A stretch of DNA of 64,000 nucleotides from Candidatus Woesearchaeota archaeon (GTDB lineage Archaea; Nanobdellota; Nanobdellia; Woesearchaeales; GW2011-AR9): the NCBI GenBank assembly GCA_018676855.1, contig JABHDY010000004.1, forward strand, positions 28,972 through 92,971, in the 5' to 3' direction. Below, piece by piece: positions 26,410-36,127 of the stretch (position 1 is the stretch's first letter; every line of letters begins with the position of its first letter). The position numbers and the translations under genes were made by a program. The notes below the pieces were generated by a model. It was not told the DNA's origin. It saw only the letters and a list, made by a program, of their open reading frames with translations, and ran no database searches.

Positions 26410-28703
26410 TTACGTAGCACGTACGCTATCTCTGACATTTTCTGTAATAAATTATTATCATTATTCCATATAGTTACTATTTCATTTAATAAATTGGTAT
26501 TATCTTCTGATGCCCCCGTATCTACACAAACACCATTAACATATAATTCTCCAGTTACACATTCTTCAGGCCACTCTACTGTAGCTTCAGGAATAGGAGC
26601 AGGTTCTGGTTCGACAATACAAGACGTATCAGCAACACAATCACTATCAGCACAATCAACTAAACTATCACCATCATTGTCAATACTATCTGTACAAATT
26701 TCAATTGGAGACGTACCAACACAAACTCCGGCAGAACAATGATCACCAGTTGTACTTGGATCATTATCTGAACAATACAAAGCATCATTATTAGTCCATG
26801 CAGCAGTATCAGATTCAGGGTTACATTGTTGACATTGGTTAGCTGGATTAAGATTATTTCTTATCTGACAAACGCCATCTATCAAACATCGGTTTGCACT
26901 AATTGGATATGTACATGTTCCCTCTACACAAACATTATCTGTACAGGAGATACTATCATCACAATCTGTATTTGTTGTACATTCAGGAATATCTTCAGCA
27001 GGAGCAGGTTCTTCGGTTAAACATAAAGATGAACAACCGTCATTATCAATAAGATTACCATCGTCACATTCTTCATTACCATTAATAAGAGAATCACCAC
27101 AAGATTCTGCAAGTAAACAATCTCCATATCCTAAACATTCATTTCCACAGTTTTGTATACCATTATAACCATTAACTTCACAGTTTATACTACCATCATC
27201 ACAAAATTCACCTTCTTCAATTATTGAATTACCACAAACTGCAGTTGGTTCTGGTTCTGGAGGCGCAGGCTCCGGTTCTTCCTCAGGTTCAGCAGGAGGA
27301 ACTGGTTCAGGCTCCTCTTCAGGTTGAGGAGCAGAAAATAAAGGTGTACCGAACGCTAACAATTTACCTTCGTCACCGCCTGCAACATATAAAATATCAT
27401 CGTTTGCTAAAAGTGATGGTGATGTACTTGGATTATGATTAATTGTACTTGGAACACTCCAAAGAGTATTTTTCCATGGCGTACCTGGATATGTAGGCGG
27501 TCCACCTTTAAGAGCAACAACTTTATCCGTACGAGAAATGTAAATTGTACCATCTAATGCAACTAATGGAGCTGCGTAAATTGGTGTGCTAGAAGAATAA
27601 TGATAATCACTATCTGTAGGAGTAAATATTATCTGACTATGTTTTCCAGGAAGAAATGCAATAGTTCCAAAATATAATTTTTTATCAGTACCAGCAGAAG
27701 CAAGGTACAGTTTCGCAGATGTCGTAGTGGTATCAACAACAACAGCTTCAGATATAAACGATGCGCCAGGTACCATTACAGGTCCAACATTTTGGTTAGT
27801 CGGTCTTGAAATGAATAACATACCACCAGAACGTGCTTGTTCAAAAAAGTATATTTGTTCATTAACAGTTCCAATAATAACTAAATTGTAATCATTCACT
27901 CCAGCTACTGTAGAAGAATAAACTGTTATAGGTGCCACTACATTTGAATCGAGAGAGATTATATGATGAATTCCTTGAGTTCCCGCTGTAACCAAAGTCA
28001 TGTCATCTATGTTAATAGAATATAATTCTCTACTATTTGGCATTTGTACTACAAAAATGAGATAATCGCCATTACTTGAAGGAGATATTGCAGGCGTAGA
28101 AGATACAAAACCGCTCGTACCATACGCCACATCTGTATATGTAACAGGATATCCAGGAACTGGATACACATTAATTTTATGGACGCCCCTTGTTGATCCA
28201 ACAATAAATGTATCACCATACATAACAATAGATGTCGTAGGATTAATTGCCCCATGACTTAACGCTATATCAAGCGCGTCACAATTTCCTACTGCTGAAC
28301 GATCAGATAATCCAACAATCCTAACAATTCCATTTTCTAAAGGTACAAACAAATTATCTTCCTCTGCATGATGTGCAGGACTACCAATAACTTTGTCAGC
28401 ACGAATAAAACAACTGTTTATACTATCACCCGTGCTTGGGTTTATAGTATGAAGGTATGAACCCGTTTCATCATTTGTTATAAGATATGTAGCATCGCCA
28501 ACAACGAACGGTGCAATGTCTGCAGATCCAGAAGAATAAGTTTGTTCCCAAAGAAGAGTTGTATCTCCAGCGATAGGACCAACATCAATAGCCTTTCCAA
28601 AAACGCCTTCTTTAATTGATGGAAATAATACAAATAATGCAACTAACAAAACAACTGCTACTACCCCTAATATCACTACAATTTTACGACTATTAGCATT
28701 CAT
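26406..28703 (-). CDS. Giant surface protein, 765 aa. It has an N-terminal TM anchor, a beta-propeller-like repeat region, a PEPEP linker, Cys-rich Myxococcus-type and CxDxxDNDGD modules, and the conserved C-terminal helical motif.
   Basis: The anchor reads MNANSRKIVVILGVVAVVLLVALFVLFPSIKEGVFGKAI. The linker reads PEEEPEPVPPAEPEEEPEPAPPEPEP. Cys modules include CGDSLINGNEECDDGNLIDNDGCSSLC and CTDSIDNDGDSLVDCADSDC. The C-terminus reads NLLNEIVTIWNNDNNLLQKMSEIAYVLRN. Confidence 0.8.
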   Translation of the reverse strand: MNANSRKIVVILGVVAVVLLVALFVLFPSIKEGVFGKAIDVGPIAGDTTLLWEQTYSSGSADIAPFVVGDATYLITNDETGSYLHTINPSTGDSINSCFIRADKVIGSPAHHAEEDNLFVPLENGIVRIVGLSDRSAVGNCDALDIALSHGAINPTTSIVMYGDTFIVGSTRGVHKINVYPVPGYPVTYTDVAYGTSGFVSSTPAISPSSNGDYLIFVVQMPNSRELYSINIDDMTLVTAGTQGIHHIISLDSNVVAPITVYSSTVAGVNDYNLVIIGTVNEQIYFFEQARSGGMLFISRPTNQNVGPVMVPGASFISEAVVVDTTTTSAKLYLASAGTDKKLYFGTIAFLPGKHSQIIFTPTDSDYHYSSSTPIYAAPLVALDGTIYISRTDKVVALKGGPPTYPGTPWKNTLWSVPSTINHNPSTSPSLLANDDILYVAGGDEGKLLAFGTPLFSAPQPEEEPEPVPPAEPEEEPEPAPPEPEPTAVCGNSIIEEGEFCDDGSINCEVNGYNGIQNCGNECLGYGDCLLAESCGDSLINGNEECDDGNLIDNDGCSSLCLTEEPAPAEDIPECTTNTDCDDSISCTDNVCVEGTCTYPISANRCLIDGVCQIRNNLNPANQCQQCNPESDTAAWTNNDALYCSDNDPSTTGDHCSAGVCVGTSPIEICTDSIDNDGDSLVDCADSDCVADTSCIVEPEPAPIPEATVEWPEECVTGELYVNGVCVDTGASEDNTNLLNEIVTIWNNDNNLLQKMSEIAYVLRN

Positions 28704-28803
28704 TAATCTAGTTCACCTTTTTTTAGTATAAAGAATACCTTTTCGTTTATATACCTATCGATTTTCTACGTGTATAAAAAAGTTAAAAAAAAGCGGTTAA
28801 CTC

Positions 28804-29727
28804 TTAAGGAGAATACTGATTTCCTGAACCATTATTACCTTTAGAACGTGACCTAAAAAAGAACACAAGGATAAGTATTGCAACAAGTAATAAAATAATG
28901 CCGGCAACATAATACCATGTGGAAACACCTTCTGAAACGTCTTTATCGTCTTCAACTACGTCCCTCGTAGTAGAAGGAATTACTGATGGAGCAGTTCTTC
29001 CCGAAACTGTACCGCACACTTTCGTTTCTGCAGGTTGTGGAAATTGTGTAACTGAACTAATGGTTCCAGCAGACAACTGTGCATCACAATCGTCTGATCT
29101 TTGACATGAACGTGTTTGTATTTCATTTGAACATGAACTCCACGACGTACAGTCCCATACATACACACATGCAGGAAGGGTTTGCGGTTGATCAGGCAGT
29201 GTACCCGCCACGCACGTTTTCTGTTCAGTTTTTGTTAACTCATCAGTATCACATTCGTTAACATCGGTACATGTACGTGTTTGTGTTGCAGCAACACAAG
29301 ATAACCATTCGTCACAGTCCCATCGTTGATCACATGTAATGACTGATGATGAAGTACTAACGTCATGCCGCGTTACACCCCACGATTCATATTCAAGAGT
29401 ATCAATAAGTGTATCGTCAACATAAAAAGCAATGGTATTACCATCTTCACCATGTACACGAAGGTAATTAGTAACATCATTTCCGTACTTTCCCGTGCAC
29501 GGATTTGTATCGCACGTTACAATAGAAATTGATGAGGAATATTCAACACCGTTAACAGACGCAACCACATTTTCTGGAACGTCAGAATCTAAGTCCCACG
29601 TTACACGACCATAAAACTGATGATGTTCGATTGACGGTGGTTCTGCCGCAATTACCATTACGGGAACAAGAAGTGTACATAATAATATCCACAATAATAT
29701 GTTCAGTTTCATTCTACAAATACCCAA
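28804..29727 (-). CDS. Type I membrane protein, 307 aa, with thrombospondin type-1-like (WxC...WSxC...QTRxC) repeats and a C-terminal TM helix.
   Basis: The signal reads MKLNILLWILLCTLLVPVMVIAA. The repeats read CDQRWDCDEWLSCVAATQTRTCTDVNEC and CVYVWDCTSWSSCSNEIQTRSCQRSDDC. The TM helix reads YYVAGIILLLVAILILVFFF, followed by a basic/Gly tail. Confidence 0.7.
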   Translation of the reverse strand: MGICRMKLNILLWILLCTLLVPVMVIAAEPPSIEHHQFYGRVTWDLDSDVPENVVASVNGVEYSSSISIVTCDTNPCTGKYGNDVTNYLRVHGEDGNTIAFYVDDTLIDTLEYESWGVTRHDVSTSSSVITCDQRWDCDEWLSCVAATQTRTCTDVNECDTDELTKTEQKTCVAGTLPDQPQTLPACVYVWDCTSWSSCSNEIQTRSCQRSDDCDAQLSAGTISSVTQFPQPAETKVCGTVSGRTAPSVIPSTTRDVVEDDKDVSEGVSTWYYVAGIILLLVAILILVFFFRSRSKGNNGSGNQYSP

Positions 29728-31052
29728 TATGCTTTACCTGGTTCTAACATAGTTATACCAGATTCTTTAACATCATTATCTTTAATAACATACATTTCGG
29801 TAATTTCTAATTCTTCACCGACGTTCAAATCTTCAATTGACATTCGTTCAAATCCCGGAATGCCGATAAGGTTCCAACCCTCTTGTACAGATACAAGTTC
29901 GTTAAACGGATTATGTGAAGCAGTAAAATAGTCGTTACATTCTTCAGTAAAAGAAAATGTATCTACACCGTCTTTTAACCTAATGTAATATCCTTTATCT
30001 TGTTTCAAGTTAGTAATCTCTGACGTACCACTCCATAAGTCAGGAATTGTACGTGCTAAAACCTGTTCAGTTTCATCCCATGAATATATTCCCTTAACTT
30101 TATCTTCAAAGTCGGTACTTCCTATCACACTTCTTCCAACATCGCAGGAAGGTGAAAATGCTTGCATGCGTAAACCGCCAGTAAAGTTAAATGTTATTTC
30201 GTACTGATCGTACGTTGCCTGTTCAACTTTTGTTAATGTCATAAGTGGAAAATTGTCTTCTTGTAACGTTGCAACGATTGATCCAACAGAAAAGAGAAAG
30301 TCACGTTCCGTTTCTTCACCATTAACATCGGCAATAACTGTTATTCGATACACGCCAACATCGTCAGGTGTAAATGTAAGGCCTTTTAATACATGGGCAG
30401 TAGAGGGTTCGTCTTCAGTGATATCATAAAATTCTGAATCAGAAAGTTGTGTACCGTCATTCTTATACGCAGTTACAGTTGCAAGTGGAGTACTTTCAAC
30501 TTTTACGTACCGTTCAATAACGTCATCAGGGGAAACAGCTGACAGTTCAGATTCAACAGGTGTGCCATCAATGTCTAACAATGAAATTATTGCTGCGGAA
30601 GGTTCATCATATACAATGTTTCGTACAGTTAATTCGCTCCCGTCGTACGACAGTTCAATGTCAGGAACATTATCAAAATCTAAATAGATGTTTCCTGAAG
30701 TACGTAGGCCATTACCAAGAAGACCTTCAAACAATCTTGTTCCGCTTAAACTGACACTATAATTGATCATACTATAATCGGTATCTTCAAACGGAAATAC
30801 CTCAATATGATATTCACGTTGAACTCCCTGTGAAGGAACTAAAGAAATGTCCCATGAAGTAACGAACTGGACAGAAATTGATGCTGATTCTGTCACGTTA
30901 AGATCTATCGGACCAATAGGTGGCGTTGTATATGCTTGACCTGTCGGCCGTAAGAATACTGCTAGTAATACGACAACAACAAGTAATGCTGCACCAATAA
31001 GTACTTTAGGTACAATGTTTTTCATTTTGCTGTTTGATTTTTTTGTTGTCAT
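29709..31052 (-). CDS. Secreted or membrane-anchored protein, 447 aa, function unknown.
   Basis: The N-terminus has a basic stretch, the TM helix VLIGAALLVVVVLLAVFL and a possible cleavage site TGQA|Y. The body is beta-rich. It overlaps the flanking genes by 19 nt and 4 nt. Confidence 0.7.
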   Translation of the reverse strand: MTTKKSNSKMKNIVPKVLIGAALLVVVVLLAVFLRPTGQAYTTPPIGPIDLNVTESASISVQFVTSWDISLVPSQGVQREYHIEVFPFEDTDYSMINYSVSLSGTRLFEGLLGNGLRTSGNIYLDFDNVPDIELSYDGSELTVRNIVYDEPSAAIISLLDIDGTPVESELSAVSPDDVIERYVKVESTPLATVTAYKNDGTQLSDSEFYDITEDEPSTAHVLKGLTFTPDDVGVYRITVIADVNGEETERDFLFSVGSIVATLQEDNFPLMTLTKVEQATYDQYEITFNFTGGLRMQAFSPSCDVGRSVIGSTDFEDKVKGIYSWDETEQVLARTIPDLWSGTSEITNLKQDKGYYIRLKDGVDTFSFTEECNDYFTASHNPFNELVSVQEGWNLIGIPGFERMSIEDLNVGEELEITEMYVIKDNDVKESGITMLEPGKAYWVFVE

Positions 31053-34000
31053 TTTTGTATATGGATAGTTGGAATGTCAGCATCTAACACGTGAATCTTT
31101 ACCACATTACCGTTAGAGAGTAAAACGTGCCTTTCTTCATCAACGGGAAGGTTGCTAACATAAATTAGTTTACCCTCTTCAGTTATTGTAACTTTAACAA
31201 AGTCCGATATGCTAGGACTTTCATCGACGGATAAGCTATACACATGGCCGTCAATGTTTGTCATGAACGATGTTGGTTGTTGTTCTTCAGTAACGTTAAA
31301 TCCTATAAGTGTTAATAATGAACGTTGTAAAGGTTCAATGTCAAGATCTATTCTAAAATCTTCACTCTCGCCAACAAACTTTTTTTGAAACGCAAGCACA
31401 CCATTATCAAAAACTATTGTTCCTGCTTCTCTTCCTTCCGCTTCTGATGTTGTCGTGTTCATTTGTATGGTACTAAATGAACTCGCGCGTGGTAATTCTA
31501 CTAGCTGGAATGTATCTAATGTTTGTGAACCCTCTAATTCGAACCACGTATCTTCCCAGAAAATTGCGGGATTTCGATTATTTTGAAGATTATCTGTAAT
31601 TGCTAACCAATCAAACGTTTCTGTATGATCGTCTGTAAGATTCATAGTATGTTTAAACGTGACAACTTTTTGTCCTTCAGTATTTTTCCCATGGTATTGA
31701 ACAAGGACTCCAGAGATATAACTTGAATATAATACGTCTCTATCAAGAGTGAGGTCAATTTCATTTGAACTACATAAACCAACAAAATCAACTAACGTAG
31801 CCGCTGCAGCACTGTCACAAATTTCATACGTATTGCTTCCAATCTGAATATTATTTCGCTGACCGTTAACACCTGCAAGTAATGTTGCTGAAAAATTTTC
31901 TCGTGGAGAGAATGTTCCCGTTGAAATTGCTGCAAGTTCAAGCTCACTCGTAACGTCTGATAAAGAGATGCCCGTAAATGTAATCTCACGAACATCACCG
32001 GTCTGAACTTTAGCTTCAATCCTTCGTTCACCAAGATCAAAGACAAGATCAAGACCGCTCATTGTTGGAGCAATAGGGTTAGAACCGTCAACATTTGTAA
32101 TACGCATTTTACTTAATTCAAACCCTTCAGCCTCTGTTCCTGTCCAAGGATCAGCATATGTTAAAAGATAATATTGATCGTCTAATCCGAATGCTAACCG
32201 TTTTCCTTTTACTAGTGGAAGGATAAAATTAGTATCAGTAAATTCGTGTGTGTATGGACCATTTCGTAAATTACTATAAAAGAATACATGAGCATATTTA
32301 TTGAATGTATTTAGTGCTCCAGATATACCACCATTCGTAAAATCTGAGTAATAGAACAAGACTTTACCATTATGTTCAAAGTTAGGCTTCGCGTCACTAA
32401 AATTTAATTCAACTAGAACACCATTATAATTTATTTGCATTATATCTTTAAGGATGTTAATGTCACTCGGATCAATTTTAATTTTCCTATAGGCTTCACT
32501 ATCACGGAAATTTAATATATCAACTTGACTGTACGTGCTAATATATGTTTCAAACTCGTTCTCTAAATCGACCTGTTTCGTCGTTGTTGTTTTTGCACTA
32601 AAATCGTAATTAAGTTCCGGTTCAAGATCAAGTTTAATATTAATTTGTTTTCCTAAAGGCAAATTAAAGACAACTTCTGATTGGTCTCCCTCGGCCACAT
32701 ATTCAGGAAAACCGGGTTCAGTAATGTCTCTCAATTTTAATGTCGTAAGGTCAAGATAATTTGATAAACTATTCATCCTTATCACATAATCATGTCCCTC
32801 ATAACTAAGGGCCATACGTTTTCCCGCAACCATGTTTGTTGCAAAAATTGTTGCAAATTCATTTTGAATATCTGTCACGTCTCTCCTATATAACACACTA
32901 CCTTCTTTTGTTTGGTCTGGTGCAGGTTGTTCATACCAGAAAAGAACATTTTCTAGTGTGCTTGCTTTTTTATTTTGTATATTAAGTATTTGTGATTCCC
33001 TGTCACATACAGTCAGAGCTGAAAGGACTGGAGGATCGTTACTACATACACTAACAAATCCAAGATTGTTCGTTGCAACATCAAGAATGATGTCTTTTGA
33101 AAAAGATTCTTCATATGTTTGTGCAAGATCAACTTGATCCTCACCGACAGTTGTTCCTATCCTAATCTCTTCTTGCGTTTTTGTTAATCTAAAAATAACA
33201 CCCCCATCTCCAACAACTATTGGACGGGCAACGAAAAAAATCTCCTCTGTTTCTTGTTCATCAATGAAAAAATTACCTCCAAAAAAATTACCAACTATCG
33301 GATTAGGAGTTACATCCGTAGTAGCAGTTGAACCGCCGAAACTTCTCCCATCAATAGTAAAAATGACATCAGATTCATCACCAAATACGCCCATTGTATG
33401 CTCAACACCATTAGAGACAAATGTTTGAGAATTGTCAGATAGAAGAACCCCCGTCCAAGCCATGTTAGTTTGATCAAAATCGATAACTGTTGTTACTGAG
33501 AACAGAATTGATTTGTCTAAGTAGGGAGATGCCAGAAGAACTGATAAATATGCATCTGTTATTGTATCACCATCAAGATCTAATGGAAATTGTTCCTGTG
33601 AAAACGCATACTTGTCTTCCGGATCAACTGTTAATGTAATGTCAAACGCTGGACCTGCTGATGACACACTAAGTGTAACAGCTCCCGCTTCAGTAGGATT
33701 GGCCATTTTTATTTGAAATATTGTATCTCCGTACCTAAAGAAAGACTTTTGAGTTGTAATTGATAGAAATCCAAAGTATCCTTGTTTCTCAATTATATCA
33801 ACAGGATCTGCTGCGGTACTTCCACCATTCGGAAGAACCCCTATCCCTTCGAGAACGAAACCATTGAAAATTCCTTGAGGATTCTCAAATTCTTCTTTTG
33901 GAACATCAAATAACCATTTATTATTTTTACAGAACATTGATGATACTGAATCATCACATACGTGCCATTGAGTTGCATCGCAAAAATAAGAATTATCGTC

Positions 34001-34681
34001 TTCATAAATACCAAAAAAGTTAGAATCACAAACATGCCATTGATTTTCTGAACATAAAAATTTGTTACCTACATCCGATGGAAGATTTTGATAGATTCCC
34101 GGAATTTGTGTGTCGTCACATTCAACAGTAATTGTTGCATGTACATCTGGATCAATGTTATTAGAGACACAAAGTTCTTTTTTAGTAGATACATACTTAG
34201 AAAACAAAGAGCCAACACTATAACAGTATGTTCCAGAAGTTAAAGAAGAAGCTTGATATTCTTCAAATGTCATCTGTGGCTTTGGACCAATGCAAAAATC
34301 GCCTCGTTGTGGACAACAATATCCAGGCGCAGTTCCCCCAGATGCTAAATTAACTCCATCACCATCAATGGCATTTTGAAGAGTATATTTATGTGTTTTT
34401 TCAATACCTCTTTGAGAACAAGAATCTTCACCAAAAACAGCTTCAACAACAGCCAATGGTTCATTAGTACTTCCCCAATAATCCCCTACTGGTGCAGGTT
34501 GTCCCGCTTGCCATATAGCCTGACCAACAACCCCATCTTTAACAAATGGATACAGAACAGCAACTGCAACTACTAAAACAATTAAACCAACCCATAATGC
34601 AGTAAGTTTCTTTTTATGTTCAGAATGATGCTCACTAGGAGAAGAACGTTTCAGTTTAGCACTATCTTTTTTAACCATCAA
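31049..34681 (-). CDS. Giant secreted or membrane-anchored protein, 1210 aa, function unknown.
   Basis: The N-terminal TM helix reads LTALWVGLIVLVVAVAVLYPFVKDGVVGQAI, sharing the G-x-A-[IV] junction. An N-terminal Cys-rich segment reads CxxNxxHVCD.. repeated. The rest is a long beta-rich body with no recognised motif. Confidence 0.8.
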   Translation of the reverse strand: MMVKKDSAKLKRSSPSEHHSEHKKKLTALWVGLIVLVVAVAVLYPFVKDGVVGQAIWQAGQPAPVGDYWGSTNEPLAVVEAVFGEDSCSQRGIEKTHKYTLQNAIDGDGVNLASGGTAPGYCCPQRGDFCIGPKPQMTFEEYQASSLTSGTYCYSVGSLFSKYVSTKKELCVSNNIDPDVHATITVECDDTQIPGIYQNLPSDVGNKFLCSENQWHVCDSNFFGIYEDDNSYFCDATQWHVCDDSVSSMFCKNNKWLFDVPKEEFENPQGIFNGFVLEGIGVLPNGGSTAADPVDIIEKQGYFGFLSITTQKSFFRYGDTIFQIKMANPTEAGAVTLSVSSAGPAFDITLTVDPEDKYAFSQEQFPLDLDGDTITDAYLSVLLASPYLDKSILFSVTTVIDFDQTNMAWTGVLLSDNSQTFVSNGVEHTMGVFGDESDVIFTIDGRSFGGSTATTDVTPNPIVGNFFGGNFFIDEQETEEIFFVARPIVVGDGGVIFRLTKTQEEIRIGTTVGEDQVDLAQTYEESFSKDIILDVATNNLGFVSVCSNDPPVLSALTVCDRESQILNIQNKKASTLENVLFWYEQPAPDQTKEGSVLYRRDVTDIQNEFATIFATNMVAGKRMALSYEGHDYVIRMNSLSNYLDLTTLKLRDITEPGFPEYVAEGDQSEVVFNLPLGKQINIKLDLEPELNYDFSAKTTTTKQVDLENEFETYISTYSQVDILNFRDSEAYRKIKIDPSDINILKDIMQINYNGVLVELNFSDAKPNFEHNGKVLFYYSDFTNGGISGALNTFNKYAHVFFYSNLRNGPYTHEFTDTNFILPLVKGKRLAFGLDDQYYLLTYADPWTGTEAEGFELSKMRITNVDGSNPIAPTMSGLDLVFDLGERRIEAKVQTGDVREITFTGISLSDVTSELELAAISTGTFSPRENFSATLLAGVNGQRNNIQIGSNTYEICDSAAAATLVDFVGLCSSNEIDLTLDRDVLYSSYISGVLVQYHGKNTEGQKVVTFKHTMNLTDDHTETFDWLAITDNLQNNRNPAIFWEDTWFELEGSQTLDTFQLVELPRASSFSTIQMNTTTSEAEGREAGTIVFDNGVLAFQKKFVGESEDFRIDLDIEPLQRSLLTLIGFNVTEEQQPTSFMTNIDGHVYSLSVDESPSISDFVKVTITEEGKLIYVSNLPVDEERHVLLSNGNVVKIHVLDADIPTIHIQK

Positions 34682-34758
34682 TACACACTCTTTTATTGTA
34701 GAGAACTAATTTGTTTCTCTTTATATACTTTACTATTACACGAACGTAATAGAATTGA

Positions 34759-35883
34759 CTATCGTGACCGAGAAGGAGATGCAGATTCTTTCTTAAGGTA
34801 CGCAACTATAGACATTTTTTCTAACAAACTTTGTGAACTTTTTTTCCACATAGAATTTATTGAAGTGAGAAGTGTATCGTCGGTAACACGGACATCAATA
34901 CAACGCGTATTTTCTTTAATGGGTAATTTTCCAACGTCACAATTTTCAAACTTACACATTGGATCTCGTAAACATGCAACATCATCACAGTCAACTTTAC
35001 CATTACCATCATTATCTATTCTATCACCACATTTTTCAAAAACTAAACATTCAGAAGATCCCGTTACTGCCCAACAGATAGAATTTCTCACTATCTTCCG
35101 CGCATCAGTATTATACAATTCCCATTTATAATCGTCCATAAAGAATCCAAGATGAACAAACTTGCCAGGATTTCTACCAAAATCTGTAACGCCACTCTCT
35201 AACGCAAAACCTGAAATTGAGGAAGGTAATGCCCTTGACTCTGCAGTCGAACCAGAATGTGAATTTCCAGGACCAAACAACGCAACATATTCGGTTTCAT
35301 AAATGTTATTCGTATTAATGTACCCAACATAAAGAGGTTTACGAGTTGCTTGTAATCTCACTTCGTCGCTAAATTCTTTCATGATATCGTGCGTAGTATC
35401 AACTGAACCGATAGACGTTTTAAAATTGTCATCAGCGCCCACACCGTTCGTTATTTCTAAAGAACTAGAAGTATATGCACGATGCGCAACACTAATTATA
35501 GGTACACCATTATTCCTGTACGCTTCTTTAAGTATATTATCTCTTACTTTAAGTACATTTGAACATGCCAGATAATGACCAGCACAAACAACAGCACTAT
35601 ACCCATTAAATGAAGTAACTTTTCCACCACCTAATGCATACAATTCGCCGCCAACGAGGTACATACGGGTAACATCAAACCCTTCATCAACCAAATATTC
35701 TCGTATATAATCTGTATATGTACATCCCTGATTATAACAAATAAAAGCAAGATTGATTTGTCCTCCCCGTGAAACGGCCATACCAGTGACATTATTAGAA
35801 AAAGAAAAAAAGATGAAAGAGAAAGCAATAACTGTGATTGCTATACCTACAACTAACCAAATGCGGTTTCTATCAACACTCAT
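34759..35883 (-). CDS. Membrane-anchored surface protein, 374 aa, with a CxDxxDNDGxGxxDC module and the conserved C-terminal helical motif; the first gene of the cluster.
   Basis: The N-terminal TM helix reads RIWLVVGIAITVIAFSFIFFSF. The Cys module reads CGDRIDNDGNGKVDCDDVAC. The C-terminus reads TLLTSINSMWKKSSQSLLEKMSIVAYLKKE followed by an 8-aa tail. Confidence 0.7.
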   Translation of the reverse strand: MSVDRNRIWLVVGIAITVIAFSFIFFSFSNNVTGMAVSRGGQINLAFICYNQGCTYTDYIREYLVDEGFDVTRMYLVGGELYALGGGKVTSFNGYSAVVCAGHYLACSNVLKVRDNILKEAYRNNGVPIISVAHRAYTSSSLEITNGVGADDNFKTSIGSVDTTHDIMKEFSDEVRLQATRKPLYVGYINTNNIYETEYVALFGPGNSHSGSTAESRALPSSISGFALESGVTDFGRNPGKFVHLGFFMDDYKWELYNTDARKIVRNSICWAVTGSSECLVFEKCGDRIDNDGNGKVDCDDVACLRDPMCKFENCDVGKLPIKENTRCIDVRVTDDTLLTSINSMWKKSSQSLLEKMSIVAYLKKESASPSRSR

Positions 35884-35950
35884 TTTTTGTACACTCTTAC
35901 TAAACAGAAATAGTATTTCACTTATATATTTGTCGATATTAAAAAAAGTG

Positions 35951-36033
35951 CGCCACGGACCGGATTTGAACCGGCGATTCCAGAAGGAACGGGATTAGCA
36001 ATCCCGCGCAATACCGAGCTATGCGACCGTGGC
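35951..36033 (-). tRNA. tRNA-Ser (GCU), type II with a long variable arm; CCA not encoded.
   Basis: The minus strand reads GCCACGG-TC-GCA-TAGCTCGGTAT-TGC-G-CGGGA-TTGCTAA-TCCCG-TTCCTTCTGGAATC-GCCGG-TTCAAAT-CCGGT-CCGTGGC-G. The acceptor stem is 7 bp and the D-stem 3 bp. The anticodon loop TTGCTAA gives GCT. The variable arm is 14 nt and the T-loop is TTCAAAT. Confidence 0.75.
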
Positions 36034-36127
36034 ATGAGTGTAATGAATTTATCTTAGTTATTATATAAACCTTACTACTTTCTTAAAGAATTAAACTAAT
36101 AAAGAAATAAAAATTGTAAAAAGAAAA

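Noticed and set aside
27240-27330. PEEEPEPVPPAEPEEEPEPAPPEPEP low-complexity stretch as a separate feature.
   Set aside because: It is simply an interdomain Pro/Glu linker within the 26406..28703 product, not an independent repeat element.
18827-35883. Diversity-generating retroelement (DGR) targeting the surface proteins.
   Set aside because: I looked for a reverse transcriptase (YxDD motif) and for a template repeat matching the 3' ends of the surface genes and found none. The only repeats seen are in-frame intragenic module duplications.
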